This document shows, piece by piece, positions 1-11,073 of a DNA stretch of 64,000 nt. Source of the DNA: an uncultured delta proteobacterium. Its GTDB lineage: Bacteria; Desulfobacterota; Zymogenia; Zymogenales; Zymogenaceae. Location: NCBI GenBank assembly GCA_963735595.1, contig CAVTLK010000002.1:192001-256000 (forward strand), written 5' to 3'. The translations under genes were made by a program, and so were the position numbers. The stretch's first letter is position 1. Each line of letters opens with the position of its first letter. Below the pieces are notes generated by a model that saw only the letters and a program-made list of their open reading frames with translations, made no database searches and had not been told where the DNA came from.

Positions 1-1619
1 AAAGGATACGGCTGGCGGGAGGCTATCTCGGATGAAGTACGTCCGTCGGTACCGGGAGTTTATCACGAAGTTCTTTGAGCGTTGGGAGAGCGGCTTCGAG
101 AAAATCAACATGTCATACAAAAGGGCCCTCCTCTGGTGCCTCGATAACGGGAAGAAGACGGCGCTTGCCGCCGGAGTGCTTTTCATACTGTCTTTCTTCC
201 TTCTTTCCCTGGTGGGCGGTGAGTTCACCCCCTATACCGACCAGGGATACGTCAGCGTCCTGGTGGCCATGCCGCCCCAATCCACTATCGAGGAAACCGA
301 GGAGGTAATGGCGCGGATACGTGACATCGCGGTACAGCACCCCGAGGTGGTATCGGCCTTCACGTCGATAGGAGGCGAGAACCGGGGGATCAACGAGGGG
401 GAGTTGATCCTAAAGCTTGTACCCCTTTCCGATAGGGACATGATAACCCGGGATTTCGTTAATACTATTCGGCCTGAGTTTTCCTCAATCCCATCGGCAG
501 AAATATTCGTCCGCGGAGACCTCCAGTGGACCGGAATCGACCTCAGATATCACCGTAGAGGTGACCGGCCCGGATCTCGAAATTCTTCGAAAACTCTCGG
601 GTGAAATGACGGCCTTCATGGCCGGAACCAGCGGCCTTGTCGACGTGGATACTTCCGAGCAGGACCCCAAACCGGAGATCCGTTTTATCGCCGACCGATA
701 CCGGATCGCTTCGCTCGGCATCACCAGCCACGCTGTCTATTCGGCCCTCCGTGCGTCTTTCGAGGGAGAAATCCCCTCAGTCTTCAGGGAAAATGGACAG
801 GAATACGACATCCGCGTACGGCTTGCCGGTATCGACCGTCAGGACAAGGACTCGTTTTCCGAGGTGATGATCGGGACTCCGACCGGTGTCGTTCCGGTCA
901 GCCGCCTGGGTGACGTCGTTTCGGCGGCGGGGGAATCGGAGATAAAGCGAAAGAACCGAACCCGGCTCATCGAGGTCACGGCGAACATCGGCTCGGGAAC
1001 GCTCTCCGAATTCGAATCGGCGATCAAGGCAAAGCGCGACGGGATGGAACTTCCCGATGGGTACAATGTCGCGCTGGGCGGGGAGAGCGAAAACAAGGCC
1101 GAGGCCTTCGGCTCTCTTTTCCAGGCCCTCTTCATGGCCATCATCCTCACCTATATCGTGCTGGCGGCCATGCTCGAATCTTACGTACACCCGGTTACTA
1201 TTATGACCACGCTCCCCCTGGGGTTGGTCGGCGTATCCGTAGGCCTCTTCATCGGCAAACAGACCATCAACATCATGTCGCTGATGGCCGTCGTCATGCT
1301 GGTGGGTATCGTCGTCAATAACGCCATTCTCGTACTCGATTACACCAATGTTCTCAGGAACGAGGGAAAGCGCCGGAGGGAAGCGCTCGTTGAGGCCTGT
1401 TATACGCGGTTTCGCCCCATCGCCATGATGAACCTCGCGATCGCCCTGGCGATCGTCCCCCAGGTCACGGGCAACGCGGAGTCAGGCTTCCAAAAGGCGA
1501 TGGGCGTTGCCACCATCGGCGGTATCCTGGTCTCTACGATCTTTACCCTCTTCCTGATCCCGGTCATATACGAATATTTCGACCGGTTCACCACGCAGGG
1601 GAGGCTGGAAAGGGGGTAA
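1..1619 (+). CDS. RND efflux transporter permease (AcrB/AcrD/AcrF family), C-terminal part; 5'-truncated by the window, +1 frameshift at ~511-512
   Basis: ORFs 32..604 and 561..1619 join if one C is removed at ttcgtCCgcg (reading AEIFV-AETSSGPESTSDITVEVTGPDL). AcrB-type motifs GIVVNNAILVLD, RFRPIAM and LFLIPVIY are present. Confidence 0.9.
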
Positions 1620-1682
1620 AAACAGCCCGATCGAAGGTACTGTGGGACCTATTCCGCTTAAAACCTATATACGGAGGTCGAT

Positions 1683-1967
1683 ATGCTGTCGAAGATTCCC
1701 ATTGAGATTAGTAAGATAGCCGCCGGGGACGTTGACTGTGAGATTCTCCGGGCCGGCATTATTGCGGAGCTTGACGCGATAAACCTCTACGAGCAGATGG
1801 CGGCATTAGCCAAAAGCACCGACATCAAGCGGGTCCTCCTGGACATCGCGAAGGAAGAAAAAGAGCACGTCGGGGAATTCCTCACCCTTCTCCTGGAATC
1901 CGACAAGGAGCAGGCACACGAGCTTGAGGAGGGAAAAGAGGAAGTAAAGGAGCTCCTGGGAAAATAA
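1683..1967 (+). CDS. Small ferritin-like (encapsulated-ferritin/rubrerythrin-like) di-iron protein
   Basis: ELDAINLYEQ...IAKEEKEHVGEF pattern (E...ExxH); GGAGG RBS upstream; 94 aa. Confidence 0.8.
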   Translation: MLSKIPIEISKIAAGDVDCEILRAGIIAELDAINLYEQMAALAKSTDIKRVLLDIAKEEKEHVGEFLTLLLESDKEQAHELEEGKEEVKELLGK

Positions 1968-2098
1968 TCAGCGCGTCTCCGGTCAGGTCGGCCCGTTACT
2001 GCGGGCCATGACGAGACAAAACCGGGGAACTGCTTACCGGGAAAGCTTCCGCCGTTGGCCGCTTTTTTGCTCGGCGGCTCATGAATGGAGAGACTGCA

Positions 2099-3289
2099 AT
2101 GGCAATAGTCGAGATCAAACCGGGTATCTTCTGGATCGGGGTCGACGACAGGACAACCGATCTCTTCGAGGGCATCTGGCCGATTGCCGCCGACGGCATC
2201 GTAAACAACTCGTATCTCATCAACGACGAAAAAAAGGCGGTGATCGATTCGGCAAAGGCATTTCAGATCGAGACGTTTCTAGAAAATGTCGCGCGGGTTA
2301 CGCCCCCTTCCGAGATAGACTACGTCATCATAAATCACATGGAGCCCGATCATTCCGGCGCCTTCGAGGCGCTTTACCGGGCTGCCCCGAAGGCGGCCTT
2401 CCTGGGGACCAGGCGGATCACCGACCTCCTCAGGGAATTCTACGGCATAACGGACCGCGTCAGGGTAGTGACGGACGGCGAGGAGCTCGCCCTCGGGAAG
2501 CGGACCGTGAGGTTTGTCGAGACCCCTATGGTACACTGGCCGGAGACGATGATGACCTATGAGACGGCTGACCGCATTCTCTTTTCCGGGGACGGTTTCG
2601 GCGGGTACGGTTCCCTCGGGGACCGTATCTTCGACGATACGAGCGCGGATATAGATTTCTACGAGAAAGAGTCTCTCCGGTACTATACCAACGTCGTTGC
2701 GAAGTTCAGCGGCATGGTCAGGAAGGCCATCGACAAACTGGCGGCCTACGATATCGGGGTCGTGGCGCCGGCCCACGGGCTTATCTGGCGCGCGGAGCCG
2801 TCCCGTATCATCGATCTCTACCGGCGGTGGGCGGAATGCGCCGAGGGCAAGGCTGATCGCGCGATCACTATCGCCCACGGCACGATGTACGGCAACACGG
2901 ATCGAATGCTGCAGGAAGTCATTGCCGAGCTCGAGCGGATCGGCATCCCGTTTGAGGCGTTTGACGTCAGCCGAACGCACGCAAGCTATATACTTCCGTC
3001 GCTCTGGACGAAGACCGGGGTTATCGTGGCCGCGCCGACCTACGAGGCGAGCCTCTTTCCGCCGATGGTCTATGCGTTGGACATGGCCGAAATAAAGGGG
3101 ATCAGGAAGAAGAAGGTATTCCGTTTCGGCAGCTACGGGTGGTCGGGCGGTGCACAGAAGAAATTTGAGGGGGCCGCCGAGAGGATGGGATGGGAGGTCA
3201 TCGGCTCCTATGAGTTCATCGGAAGGCCGACCGCGGAAGATATAGACAAGTGCCGCCGGGCGGTCAGGGAGTTTGCCGAAGGACTGTAA
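2099..3289 (+). CDS. fprA: Flavodiiron protein (FprA family A-type flavoprotein)
   Basis: Metallo-beta-lactamase-like di-iron motifs NHMEPDHSG, VHWPET, LFSGDGFG and APAHG, plus a C-terminal flavodoxin domain (TMYGNT, FGSYGWSGG). Start chosen at the ATG after GGAGAG. Confidence 0.9.
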   Translation: MAIVEIKPGIFWIGVDDRTTDLFEGIWPIAADGIVNNSYLINDEKKAVIDSAKAFQIETFLENVARVTPPSEIDYVIINHMEPDHSGAFEALYRAAPKAAFLGTRRITDLLREFYGITDRVRVVTDGEELALGKRTVRFVETPMVHWPETMMTYETADRILFSGDGFGGYGSLGDRIFDDTSADIDFYEKESLRYYTNVVAKFSGMVRKAIDKLAAYDIGVVAPAHGLIWRAEPSRIIDLYRRWAECAEGKADRAITIAHGTMYGNTDRMLQEVIAELERIGIPFEAFDVSRTHASYILPSLWTKTGVIVAAPTYEASLFPPMVYALDMAEIKGIRKKKVFRFGSYGWSGGAQKKFEGAAERMGWEVIGSYEFIGRPTAEDIDKCRRAVREFAEGL

Positions 3290-3347
3290 TTGTCGGCGGG
3301 GACGCCGGGGCCCGCCCTGCTTTCCGTATGGACGCGGGCTGTGAGAT

Positions 3348-3384
3348 AAAAAAGAGGCCGGGACGTAGCGTCCCGGCCTCTTTC
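3348..3384. terminator. Bidirectional intrinsic terminator between convergent fprA and nucleotidase genes
   Basis: aaaaaagaggccgggacg-tag-cgtcccggcctctttc, a perfect long stem with A/T tails. Confidence 0.8.
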
Positions 3385-3408
3385 AATTACCCTTGTTACA
3401 CTTTCTGT

Positions 3409-5097
3409 CTACTTAGCCCCTTCGATAACGATCCTGCCTTCCACTGCCGGCTTAACGGGGTCTTTAGCCTTGATATATGTCAGCAGCGCATCGACGATAT
3501 CCACGGTCGTATCCTTCTTGACTGCCTTGATAAACGGGTAGAAGCCGTCACCGCCGGAGGCCGTCCATGAGGTGGTGAGCACCGTATAGCTCCTGGCGGG
3601 GTCGACCTTTACCCACGCGCCGTTTTCCTTGACCAGAACGTCCTTTACCCGCTCGCCGGGAAAGATGATCCGCTTTATGTTCCTGCCGTCGTATTCGCCG
3701 CAGAAGGGCCGGCCCGTCAGGTCTATGACAAACCTGAGCCCGCTGACCTGGAGGAAGCCGCCTTCAGCTACCCGCTCGGTGTCGGTAGAGCCGTCACCCG
3801 TTACCCTGATTGCCGAGGCGCTCAGCTCCAGAACGGTAACGAGGTCTTTTCCGGAGAGGGTGACCTCGTAGATCGTATTGGAAAACGGGTGGATATTCAA
3901 CAGCTGGCCGTAGGTAATGGGGCCCTTGGGGTATATCTGGTTTCCGCGGACGGTGCCGCCGTTGACCAGGGCGATCGGGTCCCGAGCCCCCTTCTTGGCG
4001 AACCAGTCGACCCATGCATCGGTGACGAGGTTGCCGAGGTTGGACTCCCTCTTCCTCACGACGTCGTTGAGGGCGTCCAGGTCGACGAGCGTCTCCCCAA
4101 CGGGCCTGTTCATGCGCTCATCGAGCCTGTCCTGGTAGGGCTTGAGGTAGGCCGCGATCGCGGGGTCGGAGCCGACCGACTCGTCCAGCAGGACCGTCTC
4201 CCACGCGGCGTTCAGGACTCTTCCTCCCGCGACGTCAAACGTGAGGACGCCCGCCTCCTTGGCGTTTACCCCCGCCTGGACGATGATAGTCTTCCATCCA
4301 CCGGGGCCCTCAACCGTCTCCTGGAAACTGTCGTGGCTGTGGCCGCCGACGATGACGTCGATGCCGGCGACCTCGCGGGCAGTCGCCTCGTCGAGGTCCT
4401 TGCCGACGTGGGTAAGCGCCACAACGATTTCGGCGCCATTTTCCCTGAGCACGCGCACCATCTCGGTGGAGACTGAGGTCAGGTCTTCGTCAACGGTGAC
4501 GTCGGTTCCCACCGAGGAGACCCGGGGAAGGTCCGGGGTCATGAGCCCGAAGAAACCGACCTTTATCCCGGCGACTTCCTTGATGAAGTAGGGAGAGACC
4601 AGCTTGGCAAGCTCCGGGTCGGCGATCGTGATGTTCGAGGAGACGATCGGGAAATCGGCCTTTCGGACGGCCTTTGTGCAGGCGTCCACCCCCAGGTCGA
4701 AATCGTGGTTGCCCAGCGTTACCACGTCGTAGCCGGCCATGTTCATCGAGGTGATCTCAGGGACCCCGTCAAAGGACCTGAAGAAAAAGCCCATGAGGTT
4801 GTCGCCGCCGGTGACCAGGAGCGTCCCGTCGGTCGATTCCCTCATTCGGTCGGCCACCGCGGCGATGCGGTCCATCCCGCCGACGACGATCTTCACCTTT
4901 GCGCCGTCCTTGGTAACCTGGGTCTCGTAGGGCAGGGTATAGCTGTGCAGGTCGGACGTGCCGACGATTGCGAGGTGCTTTGCCCCTTCCGGGGTCGCAG
5001 GGACGCCCGCGCAGGAGGCGATAGCAGTAACGAGGAAGAGGGACAGGAGTAACGCAGTCCCCCGTAAGAGGTTCCTGGTATTCACTCGGTGACTCAT
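3409..5097 (-). CDS. Bifunctional metallophosphatase/5'-nucleotidase (UshA-like), probable lipoprotein
   Basis: Motifs SDLHS, GGDN, LGNHDFD and GGHSH; C-terminal 5'-nucleotidase domain (ESNLGNLVTDA, NGGTVR, FLQVSGL); signal peptide with lipobox-like IASC. Confidence 0.9.
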   Translation of the reverse strand: MSHRVNTRNLLRGTALLLSLFLVTAIASCAGVPATPEGAKHLAIVGTSDLHSYTLPYETQVTKDGAKVKIVVGGMDRIAAVADRMRESTDGTLLVTGGDNLMGFFFRSFDGVPEITSMNMAGYDVVTLGNHDFDLGVDACTKAVRKADFPIVSSNITIADPELAKLVSPYFIKEVAGIKVGFFGLMTPDLPRVSSVGTDVTVDEDLTSVSTEMVRVLRENGAEIVVALTHVGKDLDEATAREVAGIDVIVGGHSHDSFQETVEGPGGWKTIIVQAGVNAKEAGVLTFDVAGGRVLNAAWETVLLDESVGSDPAIAAYLKPYQDRLDERMNRPVGETLVDLDALNDVVRKRESNLGNLVTDAWVDWFAKKGARDPIALVNGGTVRGNQIYPKGPITYGQLLNIHPFSNTIYEVTLSGKDLVTVLELSASAIRVTGDGSTDTERVAEGGFLQVSGLRFVIDLTGRPFCGEYDGRNIKRIIFPGERVKDVLVKENGAWVKVDPARSYTVLTTSWTASGGDGFYPFIKAVKKDTTVDIVDALLTYIKAKDPVKPAVEGRIVIEGAK

Positions 5098-5415
5098 GGT
5101 TCGCATCCTCTCGATTGTGTTCAAGAAAAACTGGCTTGTCCCGCCGCGGGCACCGCCCGGAGGACTAAAGGACAAAAGATATTGTTACTTGTGCCTGTAA
5201 CACTATCACAGAAAAAACGATTTATCAAGAATCGGTGATAGCATGTCTTGACTTTTTGAGGTACAAACCGGAATCCCGGTCCGGTCATCCTGGTCAGTAG
5301 ACCCGGCGGATTAACCGTGCGTAACACCTCATCTCAGTAATAGCCGTTTCCATCCCCTTGACCGGCCGTCAAAAAGGGGGTATGGTAACGGTAACGAAAA
5401 GCGGGAGGACCGACC

Positions 5416-5833
5416 ATGACCGAACGCATAGTAGTCTCCGAGGTGCTACCGGTAAAGCAAAAAGTTCTTTACGAGGCCTGGCTCGACAGCGACAAGCACA
5501 GCGCCTTCACGGGATCGCCGGCGGTTATCGACAAACGCGTCGGCGGAACGTTCACTGCGTGGGACGGGTATATCTCCGGCACCACGATCATGATCGAGCC
5601 GTTTTCCCGGATCATCCAGACCTGGCGCACCACTGAGTTTCCCGACGACGCCCCCGATTCGGAGATCGAGGTAGTCTTCGAGGAGGTCGCCGGAGGGCAC
5701 AAAGATAACCCTGATCCACACCGACATCCCGGACGGGCAGGGCGAGGCCTACCGGAAGGGGTGGGTAGACTTCTACTTTACGCCCATGAAACAATACTTC
5801 CAGGAAAAGTCAACGGGGCCGAACGCAGGCTGA
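5416..5833 (+). CDS. SRPBCC/AHSA1 (START-like) domain protein; +1 frameshift at ~5695
   Basis: N-part LYEAWLDSDKHSAFTG...VGGTFTAWDGYISG...IIQTWRT. Removing one G of ggaGGGcac restores the typical tail TKITLIHTDIPDGQGEAYRKGWVDFYFTPMKQYF, ending at TGA 5831-5833. Confidence 0.8.
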
Positions 5834-5877
5834 CGGACGCATAACCCGTCGTCCATCACTTAACGCGGAGGTTTAGA

Positions 5878-6980
5878 ATGAAGATCCTCTTTCTCGGCGG
5901 GGCAGGCGATATGGCCGCCACGATGCTGGATCTCATGGAAAAGGAGGCGGCCGTAAAAGCGGTCACTATCGCGGATCTGGATGAAGCCAAGGCCGACAAA
6001 AGGCCGCGGCCCACGGCAAGAAGTTTAGCGCCGCCAAGGCGGACGTTACCGACGCCGGGGCCGATAGTCGGCCTTATGAAGGGAAACGATGTCGTAATCA
6101 GCTACGTGGGTCCCTTCTACCGTTTCGAGGCCCCGGTGGCCGAGATGGCCATCGAGGCCGGGCGTGGACTATATCTCGATCGCCGACGACTACGACGCGT
6201 ATCTCGCCGTCGAAAGGCTCGACGCCAGGGCGAAGAAGAAGGGCGTAAAGATCCTTTCCGGATTCGGCAACTCACCGGGGCTCACCCAGGTACTGGCAAA
6301 GAAGGGCTACCTCACGATGGACGCACCCGAGGGTATCTCCGTCAACTGGGGCGCGGGCGCCAACGAGGCGGTGGGGCCGGCGAACCTCTTGCACCTGTTC
6401 CACCTTTTTACCGGTCAAGACCCTCCAGTGGCGCGACGGGCACGAGCAGTACGTGCCCTGTGGTAAGGGAAAGAAATACGTCGATTTTCCACCGCCCGTC
6501 GGGCGGCTCGCGATCTTTTACACCGGTCACGCCGAGTCAGTTACCCTCCCCAGGAACCTTCCGGGCCTCAAATTCGCGAGCGTCCACGGCGGGGCCAAAC
6601 CGGTATTCGACGTGAAGGTCGTTCGCTTTCTGGCCACCCTGGGTCTGACCAAGACCCACGCGCGCAGGCAGCGGCTCTTTAACATCGTCAAACCTATCCT
6701 CCCGCTGTTCCAGAGCAAGAGCGCCCCGGATAAATCCGTGGGCTACGTGGAGGTCTGGGGAAAACACAAGGGCAAAGAGAAACGGGTCCACTACACCTAC
6801 GTGGGGCACATCGCCTTTATCACGTCGGCCCCGTGCCTCCAGGCGGCGATATGGCTTGCCGGGGGGAAGTTCAAGGACCTTCCCGGAGGCGTCTATGCCC
6901 CGGAGCGGCTCATCAAGGACCCCGGTGCGTTTCTGAAGGATCTGCAGGGCAGGGGTGTGGAGATGGAGTACTTCGAATAG
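5878..6980 (+). CDS. Saccharopine dehydrogenase family NAD(P)-binding oxidoreductase; about 4 frameshifts (~6000, ~6060, ~6160, ~6415)
   Basis: Rossmann start KILFLGGAGDM, then VGPFYRF, YISIADD, GFGNSPGLT, GHAESVTLP and GGVYAPE spread across ORFs 5878..6615, 6164..6466 and 6453..6980. Confidence 0.8.
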
Positions 6981-7179
6981 GAGAAGGGGGCCGATCCGCC
7001 GCGAGTGGGGCATTCTTTCGGTCCGGGCTTTCCCATATTTGGTGGGGAAGAGGTAATGCCGGCCGGCGGGGTCCGACCGTTGCATGTAACCCGGCGAAGC
7101 GGTGACTCATTAGTCCCGGCGGTGGGACCCGCGGAAATACCGGCCGGCCTTTTTTACCGTAATGGAATAGCGCTCGGAC

Positions 7180-8250
7180 GTGAAACTACTCAACGGCATA
7201 CGGTATCTCGCCCGCTTTGGATTTCTCAAGACCATGGCCGGTCTGTGGGATAAGTATCCCTTCTTTCCCTTCTCCACTCTGAAAAGAACGTGGATAAAGC
7301 GCATCGGCAATGATGAATTCTTTATCCGCTGGGTGCTCCGAAGAATAGAAAAAATCGAGGCGGGTAAAAGGCCGTTTGTCCCGCCGATACTGTACGCGGA
7401 GAGCACGAACGCATGCAACGCACGCTGTATCATGTGCCCGCGCGACACAATGACCAGACCCATCGGTTTCATGGACATGGAGATGTATGAACGGCTGGTC
7501 AGGGAGGCGGCCCGCATGGGCGTCAACGAGGTCAGGCTGCACAATTTCGGGGAACCGCTGCTCGACAGGAATATCGAAAGGCGGATAAGGATGGCAAAGG
7601 ACGCCGGGATCCCCGTAACGACGTTTTACACCAACGCATCCCTCTTGACAAAGGAGCGGGCTAAACGAATAATCGAAAGCGGCCTGGACTTCCTCTTCAC
7701 CAGTTTTGACGCGCCGAGCAGGCAGGCATATGAGGAAACCACGCGTAACCTGCGCTACGAGAAGGTTAAGAACAATATCGAGAATTTCATCGCGATACGA
7801 AATAGTATGGGACGGCGAACACCCCGCGTGGGGATATTTATCCTGCGTCTTGCCGGACAGGCGGGGATAGACGAATTCGTATCGTATTGGAAGAACGTCG
7901 CCGACTTCGTAAGCGTCAATGATGTCAACAATTGGGCCGGGGAGATCGAGCTGGAGCAGGAAACCTTCAAGAGGGGCGGCGGGAAGATCCCCTGTTTTTA
8001 TCTCTGGAGGGGGCTCATTGTCCTCCAGAACGGAACCTGCTCGCCCTGCTGCGAAGACTTCGACGGCAAATACCCGACCGGCCACGTCGGACAATCCGAC
8101 CTGTTGGAAATCTGGCATGGAGACGAATACCGGGCTTTCAGAGACGCCCACAATAGGCTGGATTTTGAGGCCGTCAGGTTATGTTCCCATTGCATGATTA
8201 ACGACCTGTCGTACAAGGATCGGTACCAGTTGTTCAAGACCTGGCTTTAA
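7180..8250 (+). CDS. Radical SAM protein with SPASM/twitch domain
   Basis: CNARCIMC (CxxxCxxC), FGEPLL, C-terminal CFYLW...PCCED...CSHC. Confidence 0.85.
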   Translation: MKLLNGIRYLARFGFLKTMAGLWDKYPFFPFSTLKRTWIKRIGNDEFFIRWVLRRIEKIEAGKRPFVPPILYAESTNACNARCIMCPRDTMTRPIGFMDMEMYERLVREAARMGVNEVRLHNFGEPLLDRNIERRIRMAKDAGIPVTTFYTNASLLTKERAKRIIESGLDFLFTSFDAPSRQAYEETTRNLRYEKVKNNIENFIAIRNSMGRRTPRVGIFILRLAGQAGIDEFVSYWKNVADFVSVNDVNNWAGEIELEQETFKRGGGKIPCFYLWRGLIVLQNGTCSPCCEDFDGKYPTGHVGQSDLLEIWHGDEYRAFRDAHNRLDFEAVRLCSHCMINDLSYKDRYQLFKTWL

Positions 8251-8317
8251 ATAACGTTTCGGAACGGCACACGATGGCCGTAAGGCTGGACGGGTCATAT
8301 TCTGAAAGGAGAATTCT

Positions 8318-8809
8318 ATGTTCGATACAATCAACACGCGGCGCAGCGTCAGGTCCTGGATCGGTCGGGACGTGGACAAGAAGGACATTACCGATATCCT
8401 GGAGGCCGCGATGAACGCGCCCTCGGCGGGAAACGAACAGGCCTGGCAGTTTGTCGTTCTCTCCGGCAAGACGCTGGCCGACTACCTTGCCATCAACGGG
8501 AACTGCCCAAAAGGGGCGCCGGCGGGGATTCTCGTCTGCGGGGACAAGAAGGCCCAGAAGTACGAGGGGTTCTACCTGTATGACTGCTGTGCCGCGATCC
8601 AGAATATCCTGCTTGCGGTCCACGCCAAGGGGCTGGGGGCGGTCTGGACGGCGGTGTTCCCGGGAAACGACGTGAAGGTCAAACAGCTCCTCGGGCTCCC
8701 GGAGCATATCGTCCCGGTATCGTTCGTCCCGATCGGCTATCCGGACGGTAAGCAACCGGCCGCCGTCACCCGCTACGACGAATCGAAAATCCACACGAAC
8801 GGATGGTAA
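8318..8809 (+). CDS. Nitroreductase family protein
   Basis: TRRSVR, APSAGNEQAWQF, AIQNILLAVHAKGLGAVW, PIGYP. Confidence 0.9.
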   Translation: MFDTINTRRSVRSWIGRDVDKKDITDILEAAMNAPSAGNEQAWQFVVLSGKTLADYLAINGNCPKGAPAGILVCGDKKAQKYEGFYLYDCCAAIQNILLAVHAKGLGAVWTAVFPGNDVKVKQLLGLPEHIVPVSFVPIGYPDGKQPAAVTRYDESKIHTNGW

Positions 8810-8937
8810 CGGCTGACGGCGGCAAGTAGAACGCCGGCCGTACCGTCACTATTTGAATGAGAACCGAACTAAACCAAAAAATACTGAGGCCGGGGTGGCT
8901 TGCCCACACCGGCCTCGTATCATTCTTGCCTATTACG

Positions 8938-10632
8938 TTACTTTCGCAGCTTCTTCTTATCCAATTTTCCGACCGCGGTCAGCGGCAGGGCGTCCATGAA
9001 CTCGATGACCTTGGGGACCTCGTAGGGGGTGAGCTTTTCCTTGGCAAAGGCCGTGATGTCCTTTGTGAGGGCATCCTTGTCGTCCGCTTTGTGCTCTGCC
9101 TTGAGCTGGACGAACGCCTTGACGATCTCGGAGCCGGGCCGCTCCGGGTTTGGGACGCCGATCGTTGCGATCATGTCGATGGCAGGGTGCTGTGTAAGCA
9201 CGTCCTCCACCTTCACCGAGAACACCTTGAACCCGGAAACGATGATCATGTCCTTCGTGCGGTCAACGATCTTGAGGTAGCCCTCTTTGTCCATGACAGC
9301 AACGTCCCCGGTGTGCATATAGCCGTCCTTATCGATGGCGTGTTTGGTCTCCTCCGGCTTCTTATAGTAGCCGACCATCACCTGCGGCCCCTTCGCGCAG
9401 ATCTCGCCGGGCTGGCCGATATCCGCCTCTTTGCCGGTGGTGGGGTCCACGAGCTTTACGTCGGTATTGAGGATCGGAAGGCCGATGGAGCCGAGCTTCT
9501 TTTTGCCCCGGGAGGGATTACTGGCGATAAGGGGCGAGGTCTCGGACATTCCGTAGTTTTCGATGAGCTTTCCCTTGCCGACGATCGCCTCTAACTCCTT
9601 CTGAGATTCCTCGGGGAACGGCGAGGCCGAGGAGATGCAGGCGGAAAGCTGCGAATGATCCAGCTTCCTGAATTTGGGCTCCGCCATGAGAAGCTGGTAG
9701 AGGGAGGGGACGTTTATGAGGGCGGTCGGCCGGTACTTCGCGATCTCGCTGGTAATGTGCTTTGTATCCCTCGGGTTGGGGATCAAAACCTGAGTCCACC
9801 CGAGATAGTGGCCCATCTCGTTGATGAAAAGGCCTGCGATGTGAAAGAAAGGATAACCCGACAGCGCCGGGCCCTTGCCCTTCTCCCATCCAAGCCATGT
9901 TCCGACGACCAGAATATTAGACACGGCGTTGCGGTGGGTGAGCATCGCCCCCTTGGGGGCGCCGGTGGTGCCGCCGGTGTACTGGATGTAGGCGATATCG
10001 TCGGGCGATATCTTTATCGGGGGGTTCTTGTCGTAGAAATTCTTCGGCCTGATGACCTCCTCCATCGGGTAGACGGTCTTCCCGGCAAGCGGCGTTACCT
10101 TGCCGGTCGGGAACTTCTTGAGGAGCTTCCCGAGCACCCGCTTAACCGGAGGGAGGAACCCGCCAATGCTGGCGACCACTACGAGCTTGAGCTTAGGCAG
10201 CTCCGGGGCGATCTTCGTGAGACGTGCGGCGAAGATCGCGTCGAGTGTCACCAGGCCCTTCGCATCGGAGTCTTTGAGCTGATAGGCCATCTCTTCGGTC
10301 GAAAGGAGAGGAGAGACGCCGGAGACAACGCAGCCCGCTTTAAGCGTTCCCAACCAGGCAATAACATATTCGGGAATATTGGGAAGGTTGATTCCAACCA
10401 GGTCTCCTTTCTTGAACCCGTTCTTAATGAGCATATCGGCAAACCGGTTGGCCATGCGATTGAGTTTGCGGAACGAGATTTCGGTCCCCATAAACGCGAG
10501 GGCCGTTTTCTCCGGGAAGTTCTCGAACGTTGGCCCGAAGGCGTCTAACAGGTTGGTTTCCCACATCTTGGGGTTAAGATCGGCCAGTCCCTTGTCCCAT
10601 GATTTTTTCCAGATTTGCTCCCTTCTCGCCAT
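8938..10632 (-). CDS. Long-chain fatty-acid--CoA ligase (AMP-binding), paralog 1
   Basis: YTGGTTGAPKG, YGMSETSP, HTGD, DRTKDMIIVSGFKV, GKLDKK. Confidence 0.92.
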   Translation of the reverse strand: MARREQIWKKSWDKGLADLNPKMWETNLLDAFGPTFENFPEKTALAFMGTEISFRKLNRMANRFADMLIKNGFKKGDLVGINLPNIPEYVIAWLGTLKAGCVVSGVSPLLSTEEMAYQLKDSDAKGLVTLDAIFAARLTKIAPELPKLKLVVVASIGGFLPPVKRVLGKLLKKFPTGKVTPLAGKTVYPMEEVIRPKNFYDKNPPIKISPDDIAYIQYTGGTTGAPKGAMLTHRNAVSNILVVGTWLGWEKGKGPALSGYPFFHIAGLFINEMGHYLGWTQVLIPNPRDTKHITSEIAKYRPTALINVPSLYQLLMAEPKFRKLDHSQLSACISSASPFPEESQKELEAIVGKGKLIENYGMSETSPLIASNPSRGKKKLGSIGLPILNTDVKLVDPTTGKEADIGQPGEICAKGPQVMVGYYKKPEETKHAIDKDGYMHTGDVAVMDKEGYLKIVDRTKDMIIVSGFKVFSVKVEDVLTQHPAIDMIATIGVPNPERPGSEIVKAFVQLKAEHKADDKDALTKDITAFAKEKLTPYEVPKVIEFMDALPLTAVGKLDKKKLRK

Positions 10633-11073
10633 AAAATACCTCGCTGTATTGAGACAAAATATATAAGGATCTTCTGCCCGGTTATATCCGCTCCTCTTCG
10701 GTGGCTCGTCACCTTGCAGGGAAACTACGCGGTCGTTTCAATCATAAAAGACGGGCGCCCGCATGCCGTTAATTGAGAGGCGGGAGAATGGGGGAATGGG
10801 AGGATTGGATGGAAGCCGTACGAAAACGAAGGAAGAATAGAAAACCCCCGGTCGCCCGATCTACGGTAAGAAAGATAACGTAAAAAGCAGACCCAGTCAA
10901 GATGTTTGTACTGAAAGAAAAAACGTGAGACATGACTGAAAGAGTTTTACAACAACCCGTTCCTTTCGCCTCGGTTTTAGCGATGATACGCGATATTCGG
11001 ATTGATGCTGTTTAAAAGTGTGATAGAATAATCGTTACAACTTTAGCTCCTGCTATACTTCAAGAGGACATCC

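Noticed and set aside
7180..8250. Second RiPP locus around this radical SAM gene
   Set aside because: No short precursor with an RBS was found nearby and no RRE-like N-terminus is evident.
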